A DNA stretch of 32,000 bases from an uncultured Chloroflexia bacterium. GTDB taxonomy: Bacteria; Chloroflexota; Anaerolineae; Anaerolineales; Anaerolineaceae. The notes beneath the pieces are model-generated. The model was given only the letters and a program-made list of their open reading frames with translations, did not search any database and was not told where the DNA came from. The position numbers and the translations under genes were made by a program. Positions 16,616 to 27,185 of this stretch are shown piece by piece (the stretch's first letter is position 1; each line of letters starts with the position of its first letter). The stretch is from NCBI GenBank assembly GCA_963704755.1, contig OY969938.1:2940001-2972000 (forward strand), given 5' to 3'.

Positions 16616-18002
16616 GCAGGACCTGGCCCCGGCCACGATTTACGAGATGTATTCGAGCTGGGCCAATATGGCTCTGGATATGCTGGACATTCCCCAGGCC
16701 GAGGCCTGTTACACCAGTTTACTGCGCATTGGCGAACAACATAATTACCCCTTGTTGATCGGTAGCGCCTACAGCGGTATGGCCAGGGTTGCCGGAATAC
16801 AATCCAAGCCCCGGCTGGCTCTGGCTCATCTGGACCATGCCATCTCGTTCCTGCGATTGGCGGATAATTTGTGCGAGCATATCGAGGCGGTCAACCGCCG
16901 GGCTACCATGCTGGTGCAATTGTTGAAATTTCGCGAAGCTGCCCAGGCGATCGAGACGATTTTGCCCCTGGAAGTACAGCCGGACGATCCATCCGCCAAT
17001 CATGCCCTGGTCGAAGCATACAACCAGCTTGGGCGTATTATGACTTGCCTGGGCCGGCCCAGGGAAACACGCAAATATGCCTTGCTGGCCCAGGCGGTCA
17101 GCCGGGCGTTCAACCATCCCGGCTGCCAGGCTCAGGCGCTCGCGAACCTGGGAGCGGCCGACTATTTGCTGGATGATTATCTCCAGGCAATCGATGAAAC
17201 CGACCAGGCCATTCAGCTTGCCGGGCAAGGACAGGATTGGCGGCTGCGCGGCTATCTCTATCCGCTGCGGGCGCAAAACTTGATTTGCCTGGGGCGCCTG
17301 GATGAAGCCTGGAAAGACGGCCAGGAGACGCTGCGGATTGGCACCGAATACCGGTTCCCCGAAAGTCTTTCGCGCGGGTATTGTGTATTAGGGGATATTT
17401 TCTTCGTACTGCGGGATTTTCCCAACGCGGTCAACGCTTTCCGCAAGGGTTTGGACGTGACCTTCGACCACATTAGCACCATGCAATGCCTGTTCCGGCT
17501 GGGCGGAGCTTTGGTGCAAAATGGCCAGGCAGAAAATGGGTTGACTTTCTTGCACCAGGCGGTTGAACTTTCGGCTGAGACTGGCCTGGAGATGGTCCAT
17601 CTCCCGGCTGAGTTTGGGCTGGCGCTGGCCCAGGCGACCATCGGTAACCTGGCAGAGGCCATTCCCCTGGCCGAAAAGGCCGCGAAAGGCCTGGCAGAAC
17701 GGGGTGGGAATGCCTTGCAGCAAATTACCCATTGGGTCCGGCTGGCGGCTGCCCTGACGAATGCCCCAGAGACCGTTCCCGAATACGTCCGGGCGGTGAC
17801 TGGATATGGCGGTTGGGAACAAAACGCCTGGATCGAGCTGGCCGGGCTGGAATACGCTGCCCACCTGTCTGGGACGGATGGGCAAAAAAGCGAATACCGC
17901 ATACGTATCGCGGAGGTGCTGGCACGGTTGGGCAAAAGCATTACCCAGCCGGATATTCTGCCGGCTTTCCAGCGCTTACAGGAATCGCTCTATACGATCT
18001 AG
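16605..18002 (+). CDS. TPR-repeat protein, probably the C-terminal sensor part of the preceding STAND regulator
   Basis: Multiple TPR-like helical pairs. ATG 16605 overlaps the upstream stop (16613-16615). Deleting one T at 16601-16603 would fuse the two ORFs. Confidence 0.7.
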   Translation: MRIEQDLAPATIYEMYSSWANMALDMLDIPQAEACYTSLLRIGEQHNYPLLIGSAYSGMARVAGIQSKPRLALAHLDHAISFLRLADNLCEHIEAVNRRATMLVQLLKFREAAQAIETILPLEVQPDDPSANHALVEAYNQLGRIMTCLGRPRETRKYALLAQAVSRAFNHPGCQAQALANLGAADYLLDDYLQAIDETDQAIQLAGQGQDWRLRGYLYPLRAQNLICLGRLDEAWKDGQETLRIGTEYRFPESLSRGYCVLGDIFFVLRDFPNAVNAFRKGLDVTFDHISTMQCLFRLGGALVQNGQAENGLTFLHQAVELSAETGLEMVHLPAEFGLALAQATIGNLAEAIPLAEKAAKGLAERGGNALQQITHWVRLAAALTNAPETVPEYVRAVTGYGGWEQNAWIELAGLEYAAHLSGTDGQKSEYRIRIAEVLARLGKSITQPDILPAFQRLQESLYTI

Positions 18003-18005
18003 CAC

Positions 18006-18063
18006 CGGAATCGGGGTATATTAGGGCAACTTCGTTGTCCCAATATACCCCAATTCCGTTTTT
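18006..18063 (+). terminator. Rho-independent terminator
   Basis: CGGAATCGGGGTATATTAGGGCAAC / TTCG / complementary arm (with G-U pairs), followed by TTTTT (18059-18063). Confidence 0.75.
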
Positions 18064-18172
18064 GTCCACGTTTCGTCAACGGCTTTTGAGTATAAATGAA
18101 GTGGATATTGGTACTTGGGAGAAGGAAATTCAAAGTACAAATCCGACAGAGGAATTAGGGAGCCTCTGTAAG

Positions 18173-18412
18173 AAAGGTCGATAGTGAACAGGGATAATCA
18201 CTGTCGACCTTTTGAGTTGGGAAGGGGGAAAAGAGAGATTAGAGAGTAGTCAATAAGTTGATGAGGCAACGAGGGATGAGGGGTGGCGGTTCAGTCGATA
18301 AGTCGAAGCGGCAAGGGGAGGAAATTGCTCGACCTTTCACCTTATTGCCTTATCGACTTATTGCCTTGTTACCTAATCAACTAATCTCTAATCTCTATTC
18401 TCTTTTCTCCAC
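18173..18412. other. structured non-coding region (15-bp hairpin plus ~190-bp imperfect palindrome) downstream of mutS2
   Basis: Hairpin 18173-18187 / 18198-18212. Arms ~18225-18274 and ~18364-18410 are imperfect reverse complements. TCGACCTTT recurs three times. Confidence 0.4.
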
Positions 18413-18415
18413 TCT

Positions 18416-20836
18416 CTACTCTACCGCCATTTTCGCCACGGTCACGCCGTCGCCGCCTTCGTTATCCTTGCCGGATTCCCACGAGGAGACGTATTCGGCT
18501 GCGGCCAGGGCGTCGCGGATGACCTGGCGCAGACGGCCGGTGCCTTTGCCGTGGATAATGCGCACAAAAGGCAGCCCGGCCAGGTAAGCCGATTCCAGGT
18601 AGCGGTCGAGCACATCCAGGGCGTCTTCGGCGCGCTGGCCGCGTAGATCCAGTTCCATACCGGGAGAGGCGCGTAAAGGCGAACTCGCGCGCGGTTCGGC
18701 GGCCGTCTGGCTGCTGCGAGCCTTGCGCGATGGGGCCGGCGCATCTTCTGAAACGGCCTCTTCCTGCGGACTACCCGGGCGCTCTACATCATTCAGCCGG
18801 GCGCGTACGCGCAGGTTGCCTAGCTGCACCTCCACGTCGGTTTCCCCCAGGGCAGTCAGGACCCCCTCCATATTCAACGATCGCACACGGATCTTTTCGC
18901 CCAGCTTCAGCGCCCGGCGGGGCGGGCCAACCGGCGATACGGTCCGCGCGACCGGCTGTTCGACCGCTTCTTGCAAATCCTCCACCCGCTCCTGGATCGT
19001 TTTAAGCGCTTCCAGCGGTTGGCGGGCCTGGGCCAGGTCCTTGCGCAGGCGCTCCAGCTCATCGTGTAACTCGGCCAGTTCGCGTTCCTGCTCTGTACGG
19101 GCTTTTTCGACGATGCTGCGCCGCTCATCCTCGATCTTATCCAGGCGTTGGGCCAGTTCCCGGCGCATCTGCTCGGATTCGAAACGGGCCCGGTCGGCCG
19201 CGCCGCGCGCTTTGTGGGCCAGGTTGCGCTGATGATGGATCTCATTGAGCAGGTCGTCGGCTTTGAGATCCATGGGATTGATCATCGAGCGGGCGTTTTC
19301 TATAATTTCAGTGGAAAGCCCCAACCGCTCGGCAATCGCCAGGGCGTTCGAGCGGCCCGGCAGGCCGATGATAAGGTGGTAGGTGGGCTTGAGCGTGCGC
19401 AGGTCGAACTCCATGCTGGCGTTGACCACCCCGGCCGTGGCATGGGCAAAGACTTTCAATTCGGGATAGTGGGTAGCCACCAGGTTGGTGACTCGTTTTT
19501 CGATCAGATAAGTCAGGATCGCCCGCGCCAGGGCCGCACCTTCCTGCGGGTCGGTGCCGGCGCCCAGTTCGTCAAACAGCACCAGCGAAAAGGAATCTGA
19601 GCGGTTCAGGATGCGCACAATGTTGGTCACGTGGCCGGAAAAAGTGGACAGTGACTGTTCGATCGATTGTTCATCGCCGATATCGGCGTAAATGTTGCGG
19701 AAGATGGTCAGGGTCGAGCCCGATTGGGCCGGGATGTGCAGCCCGGTCTGGGCCATCAGGGCCAGCAGGCCGACCGTTTTGAGCGTCACCGTTTTGCCGC
19801 CGGTGTTGGGGCCGGTGATCACCAGCGAGAAGGTCTGCTCGTCCAGCAGCACGTCGATCGGCACGACCGTGGACTGGTCCAGCAGGGGATGGCGGGCCTG
19901 GTACAGGATGATAGAACTGCCGGGATGCTTTTCGCGGCCCACTTTGCGGAAGGCCTCCAGCACCGGTTCGCTGGCATGCAGGTCTTCGGCGTATTTGGCG
20001 CCCATCAAGGCCAGGTCGAAACGCGCCAGGGCTTTGACGATCTCGACGATTACTTCGGCGAACGCGCCGATTTCATCGGATAGCTCACTGAGGATGCGGC
20101 GTTCCTCGTCGCGCTCTTCCAGTTGAGCGCTGTGCCACTGGTTGTTCAGCTCAACCGTCACCAGCGGCTCGACGAACAGGGTTGCCCCGGTCGAGGACTG
20201 GTCGTGGACGATCGAGCGGATGCGCGCCCGCAATTCGGCCCGCAGCGGGATGACGTAGCGGCCGTTGCGGGTGGTGATGATGGCCTCTTGCAGGTGCGGC
20301 GCGTTTTTGGGGTCGTGCAAGATGTGCTCCAGGCGGGTCATCAGCCGGTTGTGGGCGACCTTGATCTCGGCCCGGATCCTGGCCAGCTTGGGCGAGGCGC
20401 TGTCCAGCACTTCGGCCCGGTCGGAGATGGTCCGTGAGATGGTCTCGATCAGGCCCGGCGGGGGCGCCAGGTTGGCAGCAATTTCGGCCAGGTGAGGGTA
20501 TTCGCTCTGTTTGTGCTCGAAGGAGCGGTACAGTTCCCGGGCGGAAATCAGGGTAGATTTGATGTCGAGCAGTTCGGCTGGGGTGAGCACCGCGCTGCGC
20601 ATGGCCCGCCCGGCCAGCTCGCGTACATCATGTGCGCCGCCAATACCTATCGCATCATTGACGCTGAGCAGCAGGCGCGCTTCACGCGTCAGCGCCTGCC
20701 GGCTGAGGGCTTCATCCAGGTCGGCCGTGGGGCGCAGTTCGCGGGCCAGTTCGCCTGACGCGGAGAAATCGGCGTAATCCGCCAGGCGATCCAGAACCTT
20801 GGCATATTCGAGAGTAAGCAGAGATTTTTCGTCCAT
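18416..20836 (-). CDS. mutS2: endonuclease MutS2 (MutS domain + C-terminal Smr)
   Basis: ITGPNTGGKT Walker A, LVLFDELGAGTDP Walker B. C-terminal Smr motif: LDLRGQRAEDAL...RIIHGKGTGRLRQ. Confidence 0.95.
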   Translation of the reverse strand: MDEKSLLTLEYAKVLDRLADYADFSASGELARELRPTADLDEALSRQALTREARLLLSVNDAIGIGGAHDVRELAGRAMRSAVLTPAELLDIKSTLISARELYRSFEHKQSEYPHLAEIAANLAPPPGLIETISRTISDRAEVLDSASPKLARIRAEIKVAHNRLMTRLEHILHDPKNAPHLQEAIITTRNGRYVIPLRAELRARIRSIVHDQSSTGATLFVEPLVTVELNNQWHSAQLEERDEERRILSELSDEIGAFAEVIVEIVKALARFDLALMGAKYAEDLHASEPVLEAFRKVGREKHPGSSIILYQARHPLLDQSTVVPIDVLLDEQTFSLVITGPNTGGKTVTLKTVGLLALMAQTGLHIPAQSGSTLTIFRNIYADIGDEQSIEQSLSTFSGHVTNIVRILNRSDSFSLVLFDELGAGTDPQEGAALARAILTYLIEKRVTNLVATHYPELKVFAHATAGVVNASMEFDLRTLKPTYHLIIGLPGRSNALAIAERLGLSTEIIENARSMINPMDLKADDLLNEIHHQRNLAHKARGAADRARFESEQMRRELAQRLDKIEDERRSIVEKARTEQERELAELHDELERLRKDLAQARQPLEALKTIQERVEDLQEAVEQPVARTVSPVGPPRRALKLGEKIRVRSLNMEGVLTALGETDVEVQLGNLRVRARLNDVERPGSPQEEAVSEDAPAPSRKARSSQTAAEPRASSPLRASPGMELDLRGQRAEDALDVLDRYLESAYLAGLPFVRIIHGKGTGRLRQVIRDALAAAEYVSSWESGKDNEGGDGVTVAKMAVE

Positions 20837-20931
20837 CGGGGGTTAATTTTACCTCATGAGGAGGTGGGAAGGAGAGGATTGTGTGGGGCGAGGTGTCAAG
20901 TGTCATGTGGCGGGTGTCAGGTCGTATGCTA

Positions 20932-21170
20932 GTTGAGCCCCACGCAGGTGGGGCTTCGCGTATTTGTTGGCGCGACCTCGGTCGCCGGATCTTAGCCCCT
21001 CTCCCGCTTCTGGGAGAGGGGTTGGGGTGAGGGCGGGTGCCGGCCGTTGGAATCTCAATGGGTTACGGGTTGAGCCCCACGCCGGTAGGGCTTCGCGTAT
21101 TTGTTGCCGCGACCCTGGTCGCCGGATCTTAGCCCCTCTCCCGCTTCTGGGAGAGGGGTTGGGGTGAGGG
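20932..21170. repeat. two 102-bp direct repeats (20932-21033, 21069-21170), each built of three hairpin modules
   Basis: Units are about 94% identical by eye, with a 137-bp period. Modules: AGCCCCACGCrGGTrGGGCT, GCGACC..GGTCGC, CCCCTCTCCC..GGGAGAGGGG. Confidence 0.85.
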
Positions 21171-21280
21171 AGAGACCTCAGCTCCCCCCGGCTTTGAGAG
21201 CCGGGCTACAAGCCAACCGCTACCACCTCATCCTCGTCACCTTATCCACTTCTCCCTTCTTCTCTGCTATACTTCCACCC

Positions 21281-22937
<1,657 letters not shown>

Positions 22938-22966
<29 letters not shown>

Positions 22967-24662
22967 GCGTGTGCCGGGGAGTCCGGTACACACTGGTGCA
23001 ATTACGGCCTTTGTTCTTGGAGTCATACAGCGCCTGGTCAGCCTGCTGAACCAGGTCGCGGAACACTTTTGGCCGGGTCTCTTTGGACGTGCAGGCCACA
23101 CCCAGGCTGATGGTGATGCTGAATATGTCGTGCTGCACCAGGAACGGGGCCCGCTCCACGCCTTTGCGGATTCGTTCGGCGGCATTGAAAGCCATCTGGC
23201 GGGACAGGTTCGGCATCAGCAGGATGAATTCTTCGCCACCGTAGCGGGCCAGGCAGTCGCCGGCGCGCATGTTCTGGCGGATGCGTTCCACTACCGCGGA
23301 TAGAACCTGGTCCCCCACGATGTGGCCGTAACGATCGTTGACCTCTTTGAAATGGTCCAGGTCGAGCATAATCACAGTAAATTGGCTGCGTCCTTCTTGA
23401 GCCTGCTGGAAAAGCTGGTTGCCCTGTTCCAGAAAAGCCCGCCGGTTGAGCGTATTGGTCAACGGATCGGTACGGGCCAGGTATTCCAACTCGGTTTGGC
23501 TGCGCTTTTGGCGCTCGATTTCATCCTTGAGGGCCTGGTTCTGCCGTTGAAAGGTCTCGGCCTCGTGACGGATGGTGTCCAATTGAAACATGACCTGCAA
23601 GTTTTTCAGCCGCCGGTCGGCCTTTTCGTTGAAAAGTTCCTGGCTGACCGAGTTATATTTTTTAAAATAATCCAGGGCTTTGACCAAATCCCCCAATTTT
23701 TCATACGCCGCCGAAAGGGTGAAATAGCCGTCCATTAGATCGGTCTTACTATTGGATTCGACAGCGATATGGACCGCCTGGGCAGTGGTCTCGATGGCCC
23801 GCTCGGTTTGACCTTGTTGCAGGTACAGCGACCCGATCTCGACCAGTACTCTGGAAAGGCCATTGCGCAGTTTATTGGCCTTAACCACTTCCTGGGCCTG
23901 GTTGAGAGCTTGTTCGGCGGCCTGCCAGTCGCCCATCTCTTTGTACACTTCACCGATCTTGGCGTAATAGTCGGTCAGGTCTTCCCAGGATTCGACAGAC
24001 TGGGCCAGACCGATCGCTTCTAATTCGATTTCCAGCCCTTTAGTGAGGTCGCCGGAGCGGATGAAGGCCGAAGCCTGAGTATCCAGGGCCCAGCTCAGGC
24101 TGAGCGGGTCGTTGATCTCCCGCAGGATCGGGATGCATTCGTCCAGTAGCGGGATGGCCATATCAGGCTGCCCCAGCAGCACGTAACAGTAGCCGATGTC
24201 GTTGATGATCTCGGCGGTCCGCGGCTGGTTATTGCATTCCCTGGCTTCGTTCAGGGCCTCGAACAGGTTCTCCAGGGCTTTATCGAACTCGCCCATGTAG
24301 CCGTAAGAGATGCCCACGAAGGAACGGGAAAGGGCTACTTTCTCGGCCTGCCCATCCAGCTCGAATAAGCTCAATGCCTGGGCGAATGCATTGAGTGCGC
24401 TGCCATAATTGGCTGATTTCAGGTGCAAGCGACCCAGGGTGAGCTGGCATTCGGCTTCCGCGGACCGGTAGGTTTCGGGGGAATCCTCGCAGGTTTCGGC
24501 TACCCGCAGCCCGTACAAGATCAACTCGATGCCCTTTTCTGGGTCCGAATTCATGCCCTTTTGGGCTTTGTCGTTTATTTCTTCAAGGATCGCAACGATG
24601 CTGACGGTTTTTTTTAGCGAGAATTCTGTGATGGGAATATCCATAATGGTAGTGTAATGCAA
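22938..24662 (-). CDS. TPR-repeat diguanylate cyclase (GGDEF domain)
   Basis: N-terminal TPRs and a coiled coil. LDLDHFKEVNDRYGH, I-site RAGD, active-site GGEEF. The 3' end overlaps the ettA 3' end by 29 nt. Confidence 0.9.
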
Positions 24663-24821
24663 TAACCTTAATGGAAAATGATTGGCGCTCCCCCCACCAA
24701 CTTGCTTCTATTACTTTCGAGATTATACCAGTAAACCCATGTCCTTCCGGAATAATTTATTAAATATTTGATCGATATTTATATAGTCTTAACTTAGGTA
24801 CCCGGGCCTGTACAATAAGTT

Positions 24822-24876
24822 CCCGAATTTGAGGTGTTCGCGCGGACTTCGCCCGCGCGAACACCTCAAATTCGGG
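24822..24876. repeat. palindromic element, copy 2
   Basis: 23-nt arms 24822-24844 and 24854-24876 are perfect reverse complements. They share CCGAATTTGAGGTGTTCGCG with copy 1 (773-829). Confidence 0.85.
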
Positions 24877-24943
24877 AAATCTTTGATAGGAGCCTGAGGA
24901 GTTACGCCAATTTTAAGATTTGTTTAAAGGTTTCCCAACGGTC

Positions 24944-24972
24944 TTGACATTCAGTTCAATAATCGCTATTAT
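24944..24972 (+). promoter_or_regulatory. putative sigma-70 promoter in AT-rich intergenic region
   Basis: TTGACA (24944-24949), 17 nt, TATTAT (24967-24972). Confidence 0.4.
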
Positions 24973-25320
24973 TCTTCCAGCCTTTAGGGCAAACTAAATG
25001 TCGTTATCGGTATTAATAAGAGGGAAATGGTCTAAACGACCATTCTTTTTCATTAATTCCAAGATTTTCGTAAAACCTGGTTCAGCTAAATCTCAATACC
25101 TTTTTTGTTCGATTCTACTTTCTAGTTCGTGGTTAGAAAATCCGGTTTGTAGCAAGCAAGCCTAAAAAGCAGTTCAAACCGGTGCTGCTCTAAAAAAGTT
25201 AGTGTTCGTCAGAAGAATACAGGCAAGTTCTCGTCACCGTAAGGCATTTTGCGGTGGCCACTTTCGGATAAACCGGGAGGGCCGCCTCTTTTGTCAATAT
25301 AAAATGTGGAGGTGTACGTT

Positions 25321-27090
25321 ATGGGTAGTTCAATCGAGGGTCACGCCGGCCCGGTTGAAAATACAAAACCAGGGCTGCGATACCGCATCAGTCACGTACC
25401 TTATAAATGGATTGCGTTATCCAACACCACCTTAGGGGTATTTATGGCCTCTCTGGATGGCAGTATCGTGCTGATCTCGCTGCCGGCAATTTTCAAGGGC
25501 ATTGGCATTAATCCGCTGGCCCCGGGCGAGACCGATTATCTGTTATGGACCCTGATGGGATATATGGTCATCACCGCCACGCTGCTGGTGGCCTTTGGCC
25601 GCATTTCGGATATGTTCGGCCGGGTGCGTTTCTACAACCTCGGCTTTGCCATTTTTGCAGTCGGCTCGGTGATGTTGTACCTGGTGCACGGTACCGGCAA
25701 CGCAGCCGCGCTGCAAATTATCATCTTCCGTTTGATCCAGGCAGTGGGTGGGGCCTTCCTGTTTTCCAACTCGACCGCCATTATCACCGACGCCTTCCCG
25801 CCCAACGAGCGCGGTACGGCGATGGGCATCAACCAGATCGCTGCGCTGGCCGGCCAGTTCATCGGGCTGATCCTCGGCGGGATCCTGGCCGCGATCAACT
25901 GGCGGCTGGTATTCTTGATCAGCGTACCTTTCTCGGTGGGCGGCACGATCTGGGCTTACGTGGCCTTGCACGAGACCGCCACCATCCGCGCCCATCAAAA
26001 GCTGGATATCCCAGGCAATATATTGTTCGCCGTGGGGTTAACCGTAATTTTGATTGGGATGACCTACGGCCTTCAACCCTACCAGGGCTCTACCATGGGT
26101 TGGGGCAGCCCGTTGGTGCTCGGCTGCCTGATCGGCGGGGTACTGGCCCTGGTTGCTTTTGTCATCGTCGAGCAGCATACCGAGGAACCCATGTTCCGCC
26201 TGGACCTGTTCAAGATCCGTATGTTCCTGGCGGGTAACGTGGCCGGTTTTCTGGCTTCGCTGGGTCGCGGCGGGCTGAATTTTATGCTGATCATCTGGCT
26301 GCAAGGGATCTGGCTGCCGCTGCACGGCTATTCGTTTGAAGAAACGCCCTTATGGGCCGGCATCTACATGCTGCCGTTGACCGTCGGCTTTTTGTTCACC
26401 GGCCCGGTATGCGGCCATCTCTCCGATCGATTCGGTGCGCGCTTTTTCTCGACCGCCGGGATGATAGTCTCGGCCGGCGGGTTCATTGGGCTGATGACCC
26501 TGCCGCCCAACTTCAACTACATCATTTTCGGCCTGTTCATCCTCTTGATCGGCATGGGTATGGGCATGTTCGCTGCCCCGAACACGACCGCCATTATGAA
26601 CTCGGTCCCGCCGGAGCACCGCGGGGTTTCATCCGGGATGCGCTCCACCTTCCAGAACACGGCTTCCACGCTGAGCATCACTCTCATTTTCACTGTGGTG
26701 ACCATTGGGTTAGCCTCTTCGCTGCCGAATACCCTGTTCCAGGGCTTGAGCCAGGCCGGGGTGCCCACTGTGGACGCGCACGCGGTCGCCAACCTGCCGC
26801 CTACATCCGCGTTATTTGCGGCCTTCCTGGGCTATAACCCGTTGCAGACCATCCTGCCGCCCCAGATACTAAGTTCCCTGCCGGCGGCCTCCCAGTCCGA
26901 GTTGTTGGGTAAAACTTTCTTTCCCAGCCTGCTTTCCGGCCCATTTAAGTCCGGGCTGCGGATTGCATTTTCGATCTCCGCGGTATTGATGGTCATCGCC
27001 GCATTGGCCTCGCTGATGCGCGGTAAAAAGTATACCCATGGCGAGGGTCAAATCCTGGAAGAAATGGCCCCGGAAGATTCGCCTTCCTGA
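25321..27090 (+). CDS. MFS transporter, DHA2 (EmrB/QacA-like, 14-TMS) family
   Basis: GGAGG (25308-25312) lies 8 nt before ATG 25321. About 14 hydrophobic segments. GRISDMFGR motif A-like. Confidence 0.9.
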   Translation: MGSSIEGHAGPVENTKPGLRYRISHVPYKWIALSNTTLGVFMASLDGSIVLISLPAIFKGIGINPLAPGETDYLLWTLMGYMVITATLLVAFGRISDMFGRVRFYNLGFAIFAVGSVMLYLVHGTGNAAALQIIIFRLIQAVGGAFLFSNSTAIITDAFPPNERGTAMGINQIAALAGQFIGLILGGILAAINWRLVFLISVPFSVGGTIWAYVALHETATIRAHQKLDIPGNILFAVGLTVILIGMTYGLQPYQGSTMGWGSPLVLGCLIGGVLALVAFVIVEQHTEEPMFRLDLFKIRMFLAGNVAGFLASLGRGGLNFMLIIWLQGIWLPLHGYSFEETPLWAGIYMLPLTVGFLFTGPVCGHLSDRFGARFFSTAGMIVSAGGFIGLMTLPPNFNYIIFGLFILLIGMGMGMFAAPNTTAIMNSVPPEHRGVSSGMRSTFQNTASTLSITLIFTVVTIGLASSLPNTLFQGLSQAGVPTVDAHAVANLPPTSALFAAFLGYNPLQTILPPQILSSLPAASQSELLGKTFFPSLLSGPFKSGLRIAFSISAVLMVIAALASLMRGKKYTHGEGQILEEMAPEDSPS

Positions 27091-27185
27091 ACATTGCTTG
27101 GTTTTTACCCGTGGACGGCCAAGAATTTTGGCCGCCCACAGGTGTGAATGCCTGCGCCGACCTTGGTCGTCGCAATAAAAACACG

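Noticed and set aside
15794-16636. 280-aa minus-strand ORF, and similar ORFs at 17258-17941 and 30047-30676
   Set aside because: These are antisense shadows of well-supported plus-strand genes and have no motifs.
21101-21280. Longer N-terminus of ettA (start at 21101)
   Set aside because: The extension translates the 102-bp repeat (SPSPASGRGVGVR artefact). EttA homology begins at MANEPNKIIY (21281).
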